From: a virus
Length of the DNA: 64,000 nucleotides
Virus record (IMG/VR): IMGVR_UViG_3300028833_000004
Strand: one strand, 5' to 3'
The notes under the pieces: model-generated
Seen by the model: the letters and a program-made list of their open reading frames with translations, nothing else
Database searches by the model: none
Told to the model about the DNA's origin: nothing
Part shown: in pieces, positions 13,801 to 28,011 of the stretch
Layout of the letters: each line of letters starts with the position of its first letter
Position numbering within the stretch: the first letter of the stretch is position 1
Position numbers and translations under genes: made by a program

Positions 13801-15878
13801 GCAACCGAAACTTCTGGAGCCTAAAGAAATTTTGTAGAGTTTTTAGATTTAATTGCAACATCTCCACACATTACAATATGTGTAATATAGCCAGAATCTT
13901 TAGCTCTCTTTCCCCATGCAATAGTCTATCTTGTTAATTCAGGATACTTTACTAATAGATTTTCATTTTCAGAACCCTCCATCATCAGTTTAAAGTCTTC
14001 CAAATTTTTCTAAAAATCGCATATTGTATTATGTACTGACTCAGAGGCTAATTGGTCATTATTTTGATTTAAAACTTTTTCAGTTGTAGCAGAATTTAGG
14101 GAAATTACAACATCAGAAAATTCTATATAATCATCATTTCTTTTTAATTTTTTTATTATATTTTCAACTCCAGTTTTTAAAGCACTTTCTGACGGAATTT
14201 CTGAGGTATTTCCAAATTCCTAGATAACATATTTTCTATAAGCACGTAAGAATTTTCCCAATTTCTGGATATTATTTACGAATCTATCCTAAAGAAATTC
14301 ATTTTGTAAAGAAATTCCTGTAATAGTTTGAAACATAAACTACATTCTTTCCGAAAAAATATCGTTGAATGTATCAAATGTTCCAGAGGGGCCTATTTGA
14401 AATTCATCAAAAAATAAATATTTTTTACCCTCACTAAGTGTTCTAGTAAGTGCATTTCTAATACATGATATTACCCCCTATTTAGAATTCTGCCTTTCTA
14501 AAGGGGATTTCAATTCTGATGATCCCTCTGGTGTGATCATTTGATAAGCCATTGGTGAAGAGCTTAATCTTTGCACAACAGCAGCTGCTGCATTATCCAT
14601 CGAGGTGTCCGATCTTTCCTTTACAGATGAATTTTCACTTTTTTGTACCTTTATATAAGAATCTAGATATTTTTTTAATTCTGCTGAAAGAGCTTTGCAA
14701 GAAATCTCTGAAGCTCTATCTTGAATGTGGGGATTTTCTAGCACATTTATTAAAGCTTGAATTTTATCTTCAATACTTATTTCAGATTCTAAAACATCTA
14801 TTAAATCCTGTTCTTTATATCCTAAATCAGTTCTAGCTCGCTTTAATGTTAATAGTAATCTACTCATAAATTTAGTAGACATAGTTTCCCCATTTGGAAG
14901 CTCTATGGATTCAACAAAATCTTTTAATAAATTAGATAGTCGTTTTTCTGCATCTATATCTGAAAAGTTATCAGCAAATGATCCAGGTAAATCTTTAGTA
15001 TTTTCTTTAATATATTTATCTGGAATGTATGCTAACTATCCAAAGTAATTTTTATTAACTTTAATGGATCCGTTAGTTAAATCTTCAACAACTTGATCAA
15101 AATTCTATAATATATAAAAAGCTGCTATTGGATTTATTAAATTTTTTCTGGTTTGAGTATTTTTTAATTCCTAGATAGGCTAGAAAATTTCTCCCCTATT
15201 TTTTAATTCTTTACTATAAATATAGTTCCAGAATGTATCTAGCACCATTTTATAATTTTCTAAACTTTTCTAAGTATTAGAAGAAGACAGCTAAATTCCA
15301 AACATTACAGGAAGTTTCTACTAATCTTTTAGATATCTAATAATTGTGTTTAAAAGTTCCTGTCTATATTTTAATAATACATTAGATAAATCTTCTGTAG
15401 ATCTTACTATTGTTTTTCCCTATGAGTCCCAACGGATAAGCCCCTTTAATCTGTTTTTAGTATCTCTGTAAACTGCTTGATTTATAGAGTTAGAAAATAC
15501 GGGTATAAAACTTGATGAACTGTTTTTTGTATTAAAAAAATCTCCTGGATTCGGTACATGAATATCGTTCAACTATTTTTTAATGTTAATAGCTGTTGGT
15601 TTTATTACCATACATAAATCCTTAGAAATCATTTCATTTATTTCATCTAATGTATCCTGCAACTTCTATCTAATATTAATATCCGTAGATGCATCAATAG
15701 CCATCTAAATTAGATATTTTTTTTCCTGAGTAGTATATACAACCCAATCAAATATCTAATCATTTTTAAATTGGGAGATAAGTGTATCATCTCCCAATTT
15801 TAACTTATTTAACCATTTCTAAGATGTCTCAGTTTTAAGTGTATTATTTTTAAAAAGTCTACAATATAATGTTCCCAT
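4821..15878 (-). CDS. Giant virion-associated RNA polymerase polyprotein (3,685 aa with TAG as sense), crAss-type DxDxD loop, HExxH motif near the C-terminus
   Basis: ATG 15876-15878 to TAA 4821-4823. All codons were inspected and only TAG interrupts the frame. Nine track ORFs (4821-5213 through 14478-14882) are same-frame fragments. GSDYDIDKAY (DYDID at 10209-10223) fits the metal-binding DxDxD of two-barrel RNAPs as described for crAss-like virion RNAP. LHEFTHL (HExxH) lies at 5256-5270. Confidence 0.75.
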
Positions 15879-15888
15879 ATTTATATTT

Positions 15889-18800
15889 TTAAGTAATATT
15901 CTAACAGAATTCCAAAGAATCCGCAAAATCCTCGATTATCTTCCTAATATCGTCTCTATCAAAATTACCCTAAATAAAACTACCAATTACAAACTATTTC
16001 TCATAAGCAAAATTAAATCCCAGTTCAATTACGCTTCTAATAAGTCCTCTATCAAGTTCAATAGTCTCACCATTAAAAGTAATTTGTGCGGGATCTGTAA
16101 GTATATAATTCTATAAATGAGTTATTACATTTACTAATGGGAGGTTGTAATACATACCTCCAAGCTACTTGCCAAAAGCCTTTATATATTCAATAACGTC
16201 AGATCCACTTAATGTACTTCCATCGGATATTTTAACCTGCGCATTTATTAGTACCTGTTCAAAAGCTTTTTCAAACTCCTCAATATTTTCAATTGAATCT
16301 CTAGTGTCCGGTACATCTTTAGAATCATTTATAATTTCCAGATTACCTTCATCTATTACAAAATTTGCATATTCATAACCCCTTTCAACAATTATTGATT
16401 CTGGGGGGAGATTTATAAGATCCTCTATTGGTAGTGATTCATAGGCAAACTCAGAAAGGTTTTTATTAATATACCTTAAAATAGGGTCTAAAATTAAGTC
16501 AAAATTGCCATTAGTAATACATGTATTTGCTAGATCAAATTGTATTGCTTTTCCAGTGGCTTCAGCTGTATTTTTCTATCTTTCAAACTAGGCTATCTAT
16601 AACAAAGAGTCTACAAATGTATCTATTATATTTTTCTATAACCCTGATTCTCTTAGTGCTTCCTTTAATTTCTCTTTTAAAGATATGCCAGGCGTAGTTT
16701 CACCCGTAGATACAAATTGATCAAATTCATTTAATATCTATTTATATTCCGGATTTTTAACAGCGTGTAATAATAAATTTAATAGTTTGCGATGTCCATA
16801 AAAACCTAAGGTATGTTGACCCGAAACTGCTGGTCTAGATTTCCACCAAATTCCATTATTTTTTTCAACACTGTCTCGATAGTATGTTAATATATCTGGA
16901 ATTATTGACTTAACCTATATAGGAATTTTTTCACCTATAGGGCTTTCTAAGATTATCCAATATTGATCAGAAAAGTATTTAAGTGATTTTTTTCCCTCTT
17001 TTGTAAAAGGAAGTCCTCTATATTGCTCAAACCATTTTAAGAATTCATCTCCCTATGTATTAATGGTATGTTTAGTGGGATCCCAAACATCTTTTTGAGA
17101 ATATTGAAATCCCATATCGATATAATTAGCCAAAGTAGTTCTTTTATATTTAAACTGATCTCCAAGTAATTCATAATTCAACCCAAGCGTTGGATCGATA
17201 ACTAAATCTCGCATACCAGTCTACTAATAAAAAGCTGAATTAGTGGATACGTTCCCCATAAAAAAGCTTTTGGAACTTTTACTAATTAATTCAGATTTTC
17301 TTTTTGTTCCTTTCTGACGTAGTCTAACTACTAATGGAACTCTTCCACTATCAAAATACTCAGAATAAAGATCTTTAATTAATTCACTACTTGTTCCATC
17401 TTCATCCTTTGTATATCCAATTCGCATAACAGTAAATGGGAATATTTTAATTTCCCCATCATCTGTCATCTATAGTGTGACTGTTGCCCTACATATATTT
17501 TCTGGAATTGGATCTTTATCATTTATTTTTTCAAAAGCCCAGTCCTAGGTTTTATTATATTTATGAATTAATATTTCAAAATCTGAACCACGGACAGCTA
17601 AATCCTTTCTTAAAAAGAGTATAAAAGATTTAAATGATTTTAAAAAATCCTTACCAGAACGTAAAGCTAAATTTTTATCTATATTAAATCCTTTAGGGAG
17701 TTTATCTGCCTCTAGTAACATTTTAAAATGACCTACCTCAGAATTAGAACTCCAGGCCTCCAACCATTTTTTATTATAACCTTTAATTTTTTTAATGGTT
17801 TCTCTAGATTCACCTGTTCTAATATACCATCCCTAACCTATAAAGAATTTGGAATCGTTTCCCCACTATTTAGAAATTCTTCGACTTATAGTTGATCTAG
17901 TTTTTTCTTTCGGAGTCTCAGATGATTCTTCAGATATTTTTTCTGAAGGTGTTTTAGATTCTTCTTCTGTCATATCGTCAATAACAGTCGAATCTAATTC
18001 TTCTAATTCAATATTAGTAAGCTCTTTATCTGGAATTTTTTTTACCTTTTCTGGAGACTCTTCTAAATCTTCTGTTTTTAATTTTGGTATTGTATTATCT
18101 AAATCTTCTAATTTTGGAAGTATTTGTTTGAGTGTCTCAGATAATTCCTATCCAAAATTTGATGAGATTTTACTAAATAACGCCACATTTTTAACAACAT
18201 GATCTTTATTTAAATTAACTGATTCAAATAAATCATCAGAATCAGCCTGAATAATTAAAACACCATTTTTACCACGTGTTATTGTTGTGTAGCATTTTGT
18301 AGCATTAGTCTCTGTTGAATGTATATCTGAATTTTTAGCCTTCTACTTATATGAAATAACATAATCATATTCAGCGCCCTATAAATCTTTCAATGTTTTT
18401 ATAACAAATTTGTCAGAGCCTAACCCAAAATTCTAAAGATCTGCTTTTACCGCATCTGAATTATCATAACTATCAACAACTACTACAATACTTCCAGATA
18501 TATTATCTATAACATTCTAAATTTCATCATTATCCTATGAATAATGGATTCCTAAAAATCCATTTGATTTATTTATAGTATATTCAAAAGATATTTCTGA
18601 TAAACCATCTAGTAAATCCCTAGAAGTATTACTATCCCACGCAGCATCACGTTCAATATCTTGGTTACCAATGCCATAATGTTTACTATCTAAAGTAGAT
18701 TTTAAAATAGAGGTGTTATAATTCATCGCTTGATTGTGAAACCTCCATCCGCCAGATAATTTTGGAATTGATATTTTTCCCAAATATCTTAATCCACCAG

Positions 18801-21800
18801 TAAATATTGCATTATTAAATTCAATAGTATCCGATTGCTAAGTTTCATCCCCCAAAGCTATAATAATACCCTTATTTTCAGACACCATTTTCTATAAAAC
18901 AGCATATTCAAATGCATTTAATAAAGTACATTCGTCTAAAATAAAAGCGGTTTTATCAGAATTAATATAATGAATTTCTGGAAGTGTGTTAAACGTTTTT
19001 CTAGTTGGCTGGGAATCTTCTAAAATTTTACCATCTACTATAGGTAAATGACATACAAATTCAATAACAGTTTTATCCCCATCTTTTATCTACACTATAA
19101 TCTAGAGATCGTCTGGATTAGCTCTATTAATGGAGAAGCCATCTGGAAGTTCTACTTCTTCGCCCTTAGATAATTTAGAGATATTACTATTAATAAATTC
19201 CTCGGCCATCTTTTCATACTCTTTATAATTTTTAGAGTATGTTTCAAATTTTTCATCTGAAATTAATTTATGTAACTATTTAGAAGTTACACTTTCATCA
19301 GAATCACCTCCAAATAATTTATATAACTCATCAGTTTTCTCCTAAGCTAGTGCTGTTGTTGCTATTTTATATCCCTTAGATTTTAAATAATCTTTTAATA
19401 AACTAGATATAAAGGTCTTTCCAGCGCCACCCTCACCAAATAAAAAGATCATTCTCTCCATTTGATCCTTTATCCAGAGCTCTCCTGGGTTATTATTGAT
19501 CTGATTATTAATATATCTATTAACTGAGTCAAATATTTTTGAGTTTTCTATATAAGTAATTATCCATTCCAGTGCCTCGAGTTGATCCTATCTAGGATAA
19601 AAGTTTGGATTTTTATCAAGAACATCTTTCTATATTATAGTCTATACACTTTTTGGATCTATGGCTAAATACCCAGAGAATTTATACGCCCAATAATATC
19701 CGTTAATTATTGAATTTCCAGCCGCGTCTTCCTGATAAATGTTAGTAATATCTGAATCGAAATCACATAAATTTATCCCAGAATCTGTTTTAGAAATTAA
19801 ATTACCTGATATTAATTCTGATGGCATGATAATATTCTATATTATCCAATCATCCAAATCATCAGAACCTGCCTGAGATACATATTTTTCTCTAAGTGCC
19901 CTAATATTTTTACAGATTTCCTATTCACATTTTAAAATAAATTCTAATTGTGCACTCTCATCATCTGGAATATCCTGATTAATAAGCTCTTCATCGAGAA
20001 GATAATAATCCTTTTTATCAGGCAAAGTTAGCTTAGGTCTTCCTTTATAAAAAGAAACTTTACTTTTTATAAATTTTTTCTTCTAAGCCTTAAATACCTG
20101 TAATTTATTAGCAGTTAATTCCGAACTAATCTGTTTTAAATCACTCAAACGGAACTGAATATCGCTAATCATTGCTTTAACCATTCTAGCATCTTCAGGA
20201 TCAATTAAACCTAATAAATCTTTTTTATGTGTAGGATCTCCATATGCATTCAGATACTAAACACGCAACTGATTAAATCCATACATTCTCTAGTCCTTCT
20301 CTAAATCATATGAAGTCATTCCTTCTATGACTGCCATCATAACTTTTAAAGTTTGTATGGTGGAATCAATTGCTTCAAGTTCAGAATCTGAAAAATTGGT
20401 TTTTTCAAAGTCGCCTTCTCCACGCTAAACTTTTAATTCCTAATCAATAAAATATTTACCTAAAGTTGATCCTTTTGTTGTTCCATTTATAGCTAAATAT
20501 AATTTATCAAAAACCCCCAATAATGGATTTTTTACCGCGGTTGAGCTAGTTACCTTAGTATTAAATTTGTTTATTTGATCAAATTCAGGCTGAAGATATT
20601 CTTTAAGAGCTTGCCCAACACTTGTTCCAACTGGATAAGTTATTCCAATTATTTTAGAAAATTGTTCAAGTTCTTCTGGTGTATTTACTGGTTGGTAATC
20701 TTTACTTAACATCTCTCCGAATCTTTGTAAACCATCTAATGATTTTAACGATAGATCTTGGAAATCTGATTCATATGCTACAAATTCATCCTCTCTAGCC
20801 TCAAAAAAAGGTCTTACTTTATTTAACTTATCAATCAACTATATCTTAATAATCTACTCTATACGATCTAAAATACCCTATTCAACAGCATCATCATCCG
20901 CAATATAATCGTATAAATCATTGAACTATATTCCAGATATTTTAGATAAGTCTGCGTTTGAATTATAATTAATAACTCCAGAACGAATGTCTACAGTTGA
21001 GTCAGAAGTGTCTGCAAGTTCATTTATTCTATGTCTATATATAGAAGACTCGTCTCCATATCTCTCATTTACACGGGCAATTAGATTTTTAACAGACTCT
21101 TCATTAAGTTCAACAAATCTTGCCGCAAAAGCTTCAGAATTAATTAATTCTGCCAAAACTTTTTTCTATTCATCATTAAATCCTACAAATTCAATAACTC
21201 CATTATCTATGAGGGCTTTAGCCCAGTTAGTCTACATTCTCTATTTAAGAGTAAATGCATTAGGATGGGCTTTTATATAAGATACTAGATTTTTAGTTCT
21301 AAATTCAGAATTTACTTTGTCAAGTTTGTCCTTAGCTGATGAAACATTTGCATCATACTAAATATCCTATTTTAACTCTTGACGAGCAGAAAGAAGCTAT
21401 TTCTCTTTTTCATCATCATTCCAGGAGTCAATTAAATCTTTATCAAAAAAATGGTCTATAGGCAATTGATCTATATATTCAGATAAAGTTTCTGTATTAA
21501 TTATAGACTTTTCAATAGCTTTTATTACAGCATATTTATGCTCCATATCAACAAACTTTGATAACTCTGGTGAGATTCTTTGTTGTATAGAATCAAATAC
21601 ATTGACCATTAAATCCACATATTTAACAAACTCTGGAGTAACTTCCCCAAATTTATCGTGTGTATATAACTTATATAATTCATCAACCTTAGCTTTGGTT
21701 AATTTATCTGGATCTGGAGAATCGTCTTCTAACTAATCATAACTTTTATTAACTCCATCCTTATTTAAAACATTTTGATAAAAAGATTCTTTATCCAAAC

Positions 21801-24279
21801 CTAATAAAGCTTGACCCAAGAATGGGTTAGATATTAAAGTTGCACCTGAATATGAATCTACATAAGCTTCTCCAGAGAAAAATTGTCTAGAATATTTTAA
21901 GGCCTATTCAAATTTCTTTTTATTGAGTGCTTTTGTATTTTTAGGTTTTTTATCCTCATTTTCAACGGATTCAACTGATTCAGAAATATTAGGGTCTTTA
22001 GAATCTTTTGATTCTTCGGACTCTTCCAAAGAACCTGCGTAAACATCATAGGCATCTTTTAAATCAATTAAGCTTGACTTAAAACGCTATTTAATATATT
22101 CCTCAACCTTTGTATCCTTCCAATCAGCTTTAAATTGTTGGATAAAAATATTTTTAACATCCTCATTTAAATTTTCAATTCCAGTTCCAACTAAAGAATC
22201 TTTAATAACCTTATCAATAGTTTCAACATGTTTAATAGCAGCATCAACAATCATGTCTGCCTAAGTTATCTGCCCGTCCGCCTTCAATTCATGAACCTAC
22301 CCGTCTTCACCTACAATACCTGTAGCAGCTCTCTTATTACTTAATAATTTTCTACACTTCTATAATTCATTTATAAGTTCATCTTTTCGACCATAAAATA
22401 GTGCATCTATGATATCATAATCTTTTTCTAGATCGAATCTAGACTTATAATTAGGATCTATGAATGTTCTTCTAATCCAAGGATCTAAGTGCATTTCCTA
22501 TACTGAAAATAAACCACCACCTAAAGCACCACCAATAAGAGTCTATAAATATCTTGAGGCTCCTTCTTTACTAAATACATTCTACCATCCTCCAAAAGAT
22601 CCCTATTTACCTGTAAAACCTAACCATGAAAGTGTATCAATAATTCCTTTAATGCTATCTTGAACAACTTCTTCAGAAACCTCTTCTACACCTTCAACTA
22701 CCATATTTTTCCAAATATCCTCCCCAGAGGCTCTAAAAGCATCGTCTAGCCAATTTAAAGTCTTTGCTTTAAATGCTGATATACTATTTAATAAAGACTG
22801 TTTAGATTTTGTGGCAACTGCCTATTCAACGTCTTTCTAAATATCTGAATATAAGGATTTGGCAATTTTTATAATAGGCCTTCTTGTAATTTCTCGATCA
22901 TATCCGGTGGTAGCATCTAAAAACCATGTTCCAAGTCCATTGGCCGTTTCATTAAAGTTCATTATTCCAAACAATGCTGAGGCACTTAATAAACTGGCAA
23001 TTCCAGCCGTTCTTTTATCATACCCGCTTTTAATTGCATCATTATAAACATCAGACACTGATATAAGACCCATATAACCTAAACTAAACGCTTTAGCCGC
23101 CTTATTCATTGATTCGGCATACTTTTTATAACGTTCAAAATCTTGGGCGGTTTTTAATTCCTTCGGAACTTTATATAAAAAATTGGCAAGGGATGCTGCA
23201 GCTCTCTATTGATATAACTGTCCAAATATATCTGAAAGCATATTTCCTATTCCTTCAGCGGAAAATAAATTCTACTTACCTTTCTAAGACATACTTGGAT
23301 TAAACTTTCTAAACCAATTCTCTAAAGATGTCGCACCATTATATATAGCAGATGAATCATCTCCTAAAAAGACACTTTCCATTGATTTATAAAAAGTAGG
23401 CATTACTGAAGCTAATCCCCAAAGGGCCTAAAATGCTCCATAATAAGCATTAAATCCAGGAATCATATAAGGTAATACAGAAGCTATAGTCTTCATAGCA
23501 ACTCCGCCTAATGATTTTTCATATCCATCAGAATCGAAGAAATCCATTTTATTTAATGTTGTTCCTTCTTTAGTCAGAACGTCCTATACAGCTACAACTT
23601 CTTTATCCAAAATTTCCCTATTGCCAAGTAATTCAGTAAAGTATTGGCCATTCTCATCAGTAATAAATTCACCTTTGGCGTGGTATCCTTCCTCACCTGT
23701 TATAGGATTTTTCTAAAAACCGTCCTGATCATATTTAGCATAAATTAATGTTTCTCCAAATAAATTGGAAAATAATCCTCGACTTTCTGCGGAATCCTTG
23801 AGTCTGGTTCCAGTTACAGGATCATATATTTTACCCTTCTATGCAGCTTCCCATGGGGTTAATTTAGGTTCACTTTGGACATTTAAACCTATTATACCAG
23901 TGGACTGCTGAAGGGGATTGTTTTTTTCTACTTCTGGTTTATAAAGAACATCTTTAACCCTAGCCCCAAGCGGTTTATATCTGCTGGTCGGACTATATTC
24001 TAAATACTGACTTAAATTATCCACCAGATGATCATTATCTAACTAAAAATATCGCTGTTCAGCCAGAGTATAAATCTAATTAAATTCATCTTCTTTAAAG
24101 TTTCCCTATTCATCAGTAAAGGCTTTCTTTATAAATGGTTTGGATTTATATTCCTCCTTATCTAATAAAGCCGTATTATTAATATTTATATCATTCTATA
24201 AAAAATCAACTACGGTTGAACTGGGATCACTTAAAAGTGTTGCAACTAATATATCATTCGGTTTTTGAATAGTATCCAT
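15889..24279 (-). CDS. Giant protein (2,796 aa with TAG as sense): hydrophobic N-terminal third plus an SF1 (RecD/Pif1-like) P-loop helicase core
   Basis: ATG 24277-24279 to TAA 15889-15891. The frame was inspected codon by codon and only TAG interrupts it. Walker A GEGGAGKT at 19414-19437, Walker B FILDEC (DE at 18931-18936), motif III GDET[TAG] at 18838-18852. Hydrophobic stretches lie around 22500-23500. Confidence 0.75.
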
Positions 24280-24280
24280 A

Positions 24281-26149
24281 TTATTCCTAATTTAAAATAT
24301 CACTACTGCTATAGATTTTCTTCGTTGGGTTTCTCTAAGTCATTTCAGTAATCATGTCCTATTCTAATGTTTTTGGAGTCATATTGCTGCCATGCCCAGC
24401 ATATCTATAAGCGTCACCTGAAGCAAATTTATTAATTTTAATAAATATTGGAACTTTATAAATATCGTCCCACATTTGTTTACCATCAATAGATTTTATT
24501 CCAGTCTTCTTTGCTAAATTTTTATTATATATAGAATTGATAAGATTATCAGCATATTCTTCATCCTTACCTGATAATTCCTCAACTAAATAATTTGAGC
24601 CATCTATATTATCATCTATGGTATAGCCATAAGTCAATAAGAATCTACCAAGTCTATCTGTTTCTATTAATTGGTTTTGAGAATTATACATAGCATATGA
24701 ATGATGTGCAGCATGTATCTGATTTTTTTTATTTGGATCTGTAATTCCATTAACCTTAATCTCTTCTTCGGCTTCTGAAAATGCATAAAATCCAGGCCAA
24801 TCTATTTCACCATTCTCAAGTATAGGCATCCAAACTGCTGCAACAGGATCATTAGAATATGCTATATTTGTAAGCATTCCTTCACTAATTTTCTAATCAC
24901 CCATATATATTTTATCTTTTTCCAAATATTTTCCAACAGTTTCTGCCAATGCAACAGACATTGGTAAATTATAAACAGCATTTCCATTATCAGTAGTAAG
25001 AGCTGGAATTCTAACTCCTTGTACATTTAAAGAATATGCATTAGAATTTTTATTATCTGTGATTTTAAATACATCGCTATTTAAATCCCCATCAAAAAAC
25101 TGTTCTAATGGAGTCTGGTAAAAGGTTTTAGAACTACTAGAAGTTCCAGCAGTAGTTCCGGCAGCTTTATTAATTCCAGAATCATAATCTAAGGTTCTAG
25201 ATACAATAGTATCATTATTCATTACTAAGGCATTTGAAATTAAATCCAAAGCATAGTTCGAACCCTCTTCCCATTTACCTCCGTAAACTAAATTCCTAGC
25301 CATCAACTGCATAGTCATTTGTTTCGGAAGCATTTTATAGATGTAACTTAAAGCAGAATCAATATTCTTAGATTTAACTCTATCTTTTACTTTAAATAAA
25401 GCATCTGGCCCAATTTGCTACATTAATTGAGCCAACTCTTTCAATCCCTAATACTGACTCTCATTAGGCCGCTTTAATAATCCATTTTGAATTATTCCAC
25501 CTAATGTTTGATATGCTTCTGAAATATCATCGGCCGATCCAACTGATTGAATAATATCTTTAATATAATCCTAAATTTTTTCAATACCTATACTTCCACC
25601 AATTACAGTGATTGGATCCTCACTGTAAGCTAGTTGCGGATTGAATTGTCTATATTGAATTAATTCACCTATAGTTAAATATTGATACTTTTCTGGATCA
25701 TATTTAGAACCGTGTATTTTCTATATTTTTTGATCCTAATCAACTACATATAAATATCCTCTAGAATCTATTGCAACTTCGTCAAGGGCTTTATTAGCTT
25801 CTGCATTTTCAGCTGCCCCATCAAAAAATCCATTAGTTTTTATTATTCTATTTATCGCAGCCTATAGCATATAAACATCAGAACTCTTAATTCCACCATT
25901 AAAATCAGCGTTTCTCTCGAAGTCAGTCAATTTCTAAGAGAAAAGATCAACATCTACAGGAAGTCCCTCAGAATATAATTTTTTCATTAATTCTTTAGGA
26001 ATTAAATCCTAAGCTGAAGCTGAGCCTGAACCTGAATCTCCTCCGACAACCTAAGACTATCTAGCCTAAACAGCTAAATTTGATACAGGATTAACAGTAG
26101 ACGAATATAATAATCCACCAGCCTATAATTTATTTATATTTAATTTCAT
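24281..26149 (-). CDS. Hypothetical virion/cargo protein (622 aa with TAG as sense)
   Basis: ATG 26147-26149 (ATGA overlap with the upstream TGA) to TAA 24281-24283, one nt before the next ATG. Track ORFs 24359-24877 and 24893-25333 are same-frame fragments joined by TAG. Confidence 0.7.
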
Positions 26150-28011
26150 TTAAATATTGATTTTAATAAAATTAGAGTTTCTTTATCTATCTGTCCAAGA
26201 TCTCTTTCTAATTGTCTTTGGAGCAATTTAGAGGTTTCTAATTGACTTTTACTAACTCTTTCACGCTCCTTCTGACTAGCTGCAATCCATTTAGATAACC
26301 TGTCCCCCTAAACAACCTTACCACCAGATTTTTTATATGGGATTCTAAAATTACCCTAATCATCAAAGACTGATTTATAAGTACTTCTTCTATATTGTCC
26401 GGTGTACAAACCCTGATTATCAATATAATACGGAAAAATACCATTATGGAACTATGCCAAATCTCTAATTATTTGTAACTAACTTCTCCAATCGTTCTTA
26501 AGTCCTTCTAGTTCTTCTGCCCAATTTTTAGTTCTATAAGTATTTGATTGATCTCCCCACAAACGTTCATATACAGCTTCTTTAGCAGCCTCATCATCAC
26601 CAGTCATAATAGCTTTATCCGCATCTGATAAAGAAGCCATTCCTTCATCTCTATTAAAGCTATTTTTAAAAGCTTCATAAGCTTTTGACTTTTTATAATT
26701 CATCATATCAGCCTAAGTTAAATACAACTTACGCTCATCAATAGCTGCTTTTAGATTATTTAATTCCCTAGATCTAACAATATCATTAACATCAGCATCA
26801 TGTTTAAACTAACCATGATTAGTATACTTTCTCTCGCCGAACTGATTACGATTAGAGGCTATTTCAGCATTTAATTGCTTATCAGCTTCAATAATAGCAT
26901 TATTAGCAGCAGCATTGATCTAGTTGTTTTTATTTGCAACTTCGGCCTATCGCAATAGATTATTATCAATTACCTACTATTTTATTTGTGTGGACTCATT
27001 ATCTCCCTTCTACTATAACTATGCCTGATTATCCTATGTTTGCCGTGCAAATTCCAAACCCCCCTGATTTACAGCTAGCATGTTGTTTATATCATTAGAC
27101 TTATACTAACTTATATTAGCTAATACATTATCCAAAGTTTTCTACTATAATTGTCTGGTGACAAAATAGTTATACTTTTCAGAATTTAACCAGGGAGTCT
27201 CATAATGGGGATACTAAAACTTCTTTGAAAGACTATTATTTCTATAAGCTTTTAAAGTATTATTCAGATATTGCTAGGTAATAGGTGCCCAATCTGTCCA
27301 AATAGGTTTTTCTGCAGAGGCTTCATCATAAATTTCCTGTAATTTTTTAAGAGCTTTATCTTGGTCATATAATTCTTGACTTGGTGTTGTATTATTTCCA
27401 CCTAAAGTAGCACCAGTTGTTTCTTGATTTTTAGAAGGGTCTGCCTAAGTATTAGTATTCTACCCACTAATTCCAGCCTCTGTCTAGGCTGGGTTTCCAG
27501 GCTATGCTACAACTGTTGTCTAGACTGGAACCCATTTATTTTGAGTTGTATCAAAATAAATTTTTCCAGAATCTGTGTCTAGAGCTGACTCTGCAGAATT
27601 ATGTTTCTATGCTAAAGCAGTTAATAGAGCATTTCTCTACCATGTGGTTGGACCAAGATAATCCGATCTATCCTTAGAATATCCGAAGTATTCATTAATT
27701 CCTGTAGTGTTAAATAAATTATTCCAATTGGTATATCCAAGTTTATTTAATTCTTTACCCTTAAATAAATCTGGCTAAATTAACTTATTTAATGTATCGG
27801 CAGTTAGGCTTTTATATTTTTTGTTATCAATTAACCATTTATAAATAGTGCTGATGGGTCCATGATATGTATCCCAGGTATCTAAGGCTTTAGCTCTCAG
27901 ATCTGTATCATTTATAGCATCCTTACGCCACCTACCCTTCTAAATAGGAGCTGCTGGAGTCTAGAATTTCTAGACCCCAGATCCCATTAATTTTTCAAAA
28001 TTGTATTTCAT
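26146..28011 (-). CDS. Hypothetical protein (621 aa) with a Q-rich coiled-coil-like central tract very dense in TAG
   Basis: ATG 28009-28011 (ATGA overlap) to TGA 26146-26148 (ATGA overlap). The frame was inspected and only TAG interrupts it. About 11 TAG in about 100 codons at 26880-27180, mixed with CAA/CAG (..ARQT*DNQA*L**KGD..). Confidence 0.7.
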
